Assembly: GCA_038087875.1 (NCBI GenBank)
Contig: CM075993.1
Location: 5,644,001 to 5,708,000, forward strand
Direction of reading: 5' to 3'
Source: Malacoraja senta
Lineage: Eukaryota
Length of the DNA stretch: 64,000 nt
Shown here: piece by piece, positions 63,613 through 64,000 of the stretch
Numbering within the stretch: position 1 is the first letter of the stretch
How the letters are laid out: the number at the start of each line of letters is the position of its first letter
The notes under the pieces: model-generated
What the model was told of the DNA's origin: nothing
Seen by the model: only the letters and a program-made list of their open reading frames with translations
Database searches by the model: none
Position numbers and translations under genes: made by a program

Positions 63613-63669
63613 ATTGTAGTGTGGGAGCGCCTTTCCTGTGTCAACCCCTATCTTACTATCTTAGACTGA

Positions 63670-63726
63670 TTCTCACTCACTCTCACTCACTCATACTCAC
63701 TCACTCACTCACTCTCACTCACTCAC
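63670..63726. repeat. (CTCA)n microsatellite, imperfect
   Basis: Repeated ctca/ctcact units. Confidence 0.9.
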
Positions 63727-64000
63727 CACCCACTCGCCCACTCACACAGAAAGGATCCCCAGTCAGTTCAATACCTCTCAGATCATAATATTGCAGAGCG
63801 TGGAGGTTGGCTTAAAGATATTTAATTAATCCCACTCTTTGGTTTTTCCCCCCGAGCCTTGTCATTACTTCCCCTTAATTTGTAATCCAATTTGCTTTAT
63901 AAATCTGCTCACTGTCCTTTCCTGACATTTATTCCAGACTAAAGCAAGTCGCTATTTAAAATTGTGTTTTATCATCTAGTTCTAAAAGAGCTAATGGGTC

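Overview
Eukaryotic, repeat-saturated vertebrate DNA. The SINE/LINE complement (HE1-type V-SINEs, HER1/CR1 LINEs) points to a cartilaginous fish, probably a skate or ray (inference). The window lies inside a MAP1-family microtubule-associated protein gene, most like MAP1A, on the + strand. Three coding exons are visible (13805-13907, 60742-60824, 61937-62077), equivalent to exons 2-4; exon 1 and the large exon 5 were not found in the window. The first visible exon carries a 1-bp frameshift. Most of the rest is intronic mobile DNA: tRNA-derived SINEs, CR1, Rex1/Babar, L2, RTE and Vingi-like LINE fragments, Penelope-like fragments, and Harbinger-like and hAT-like MITEs. Microsatellites and a 200-N assembly gap are also present. 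The most interesting signals are dozens of short Penelope-derived inserts carrying a minimal hammerhead-ribozyme core, many as fold-back palindromes with target duplications, and a heavily base-paired RTE 5' leader. Repeat boundaries were read by eye and are approximate; family names come from recalled consensus features, not database searches.
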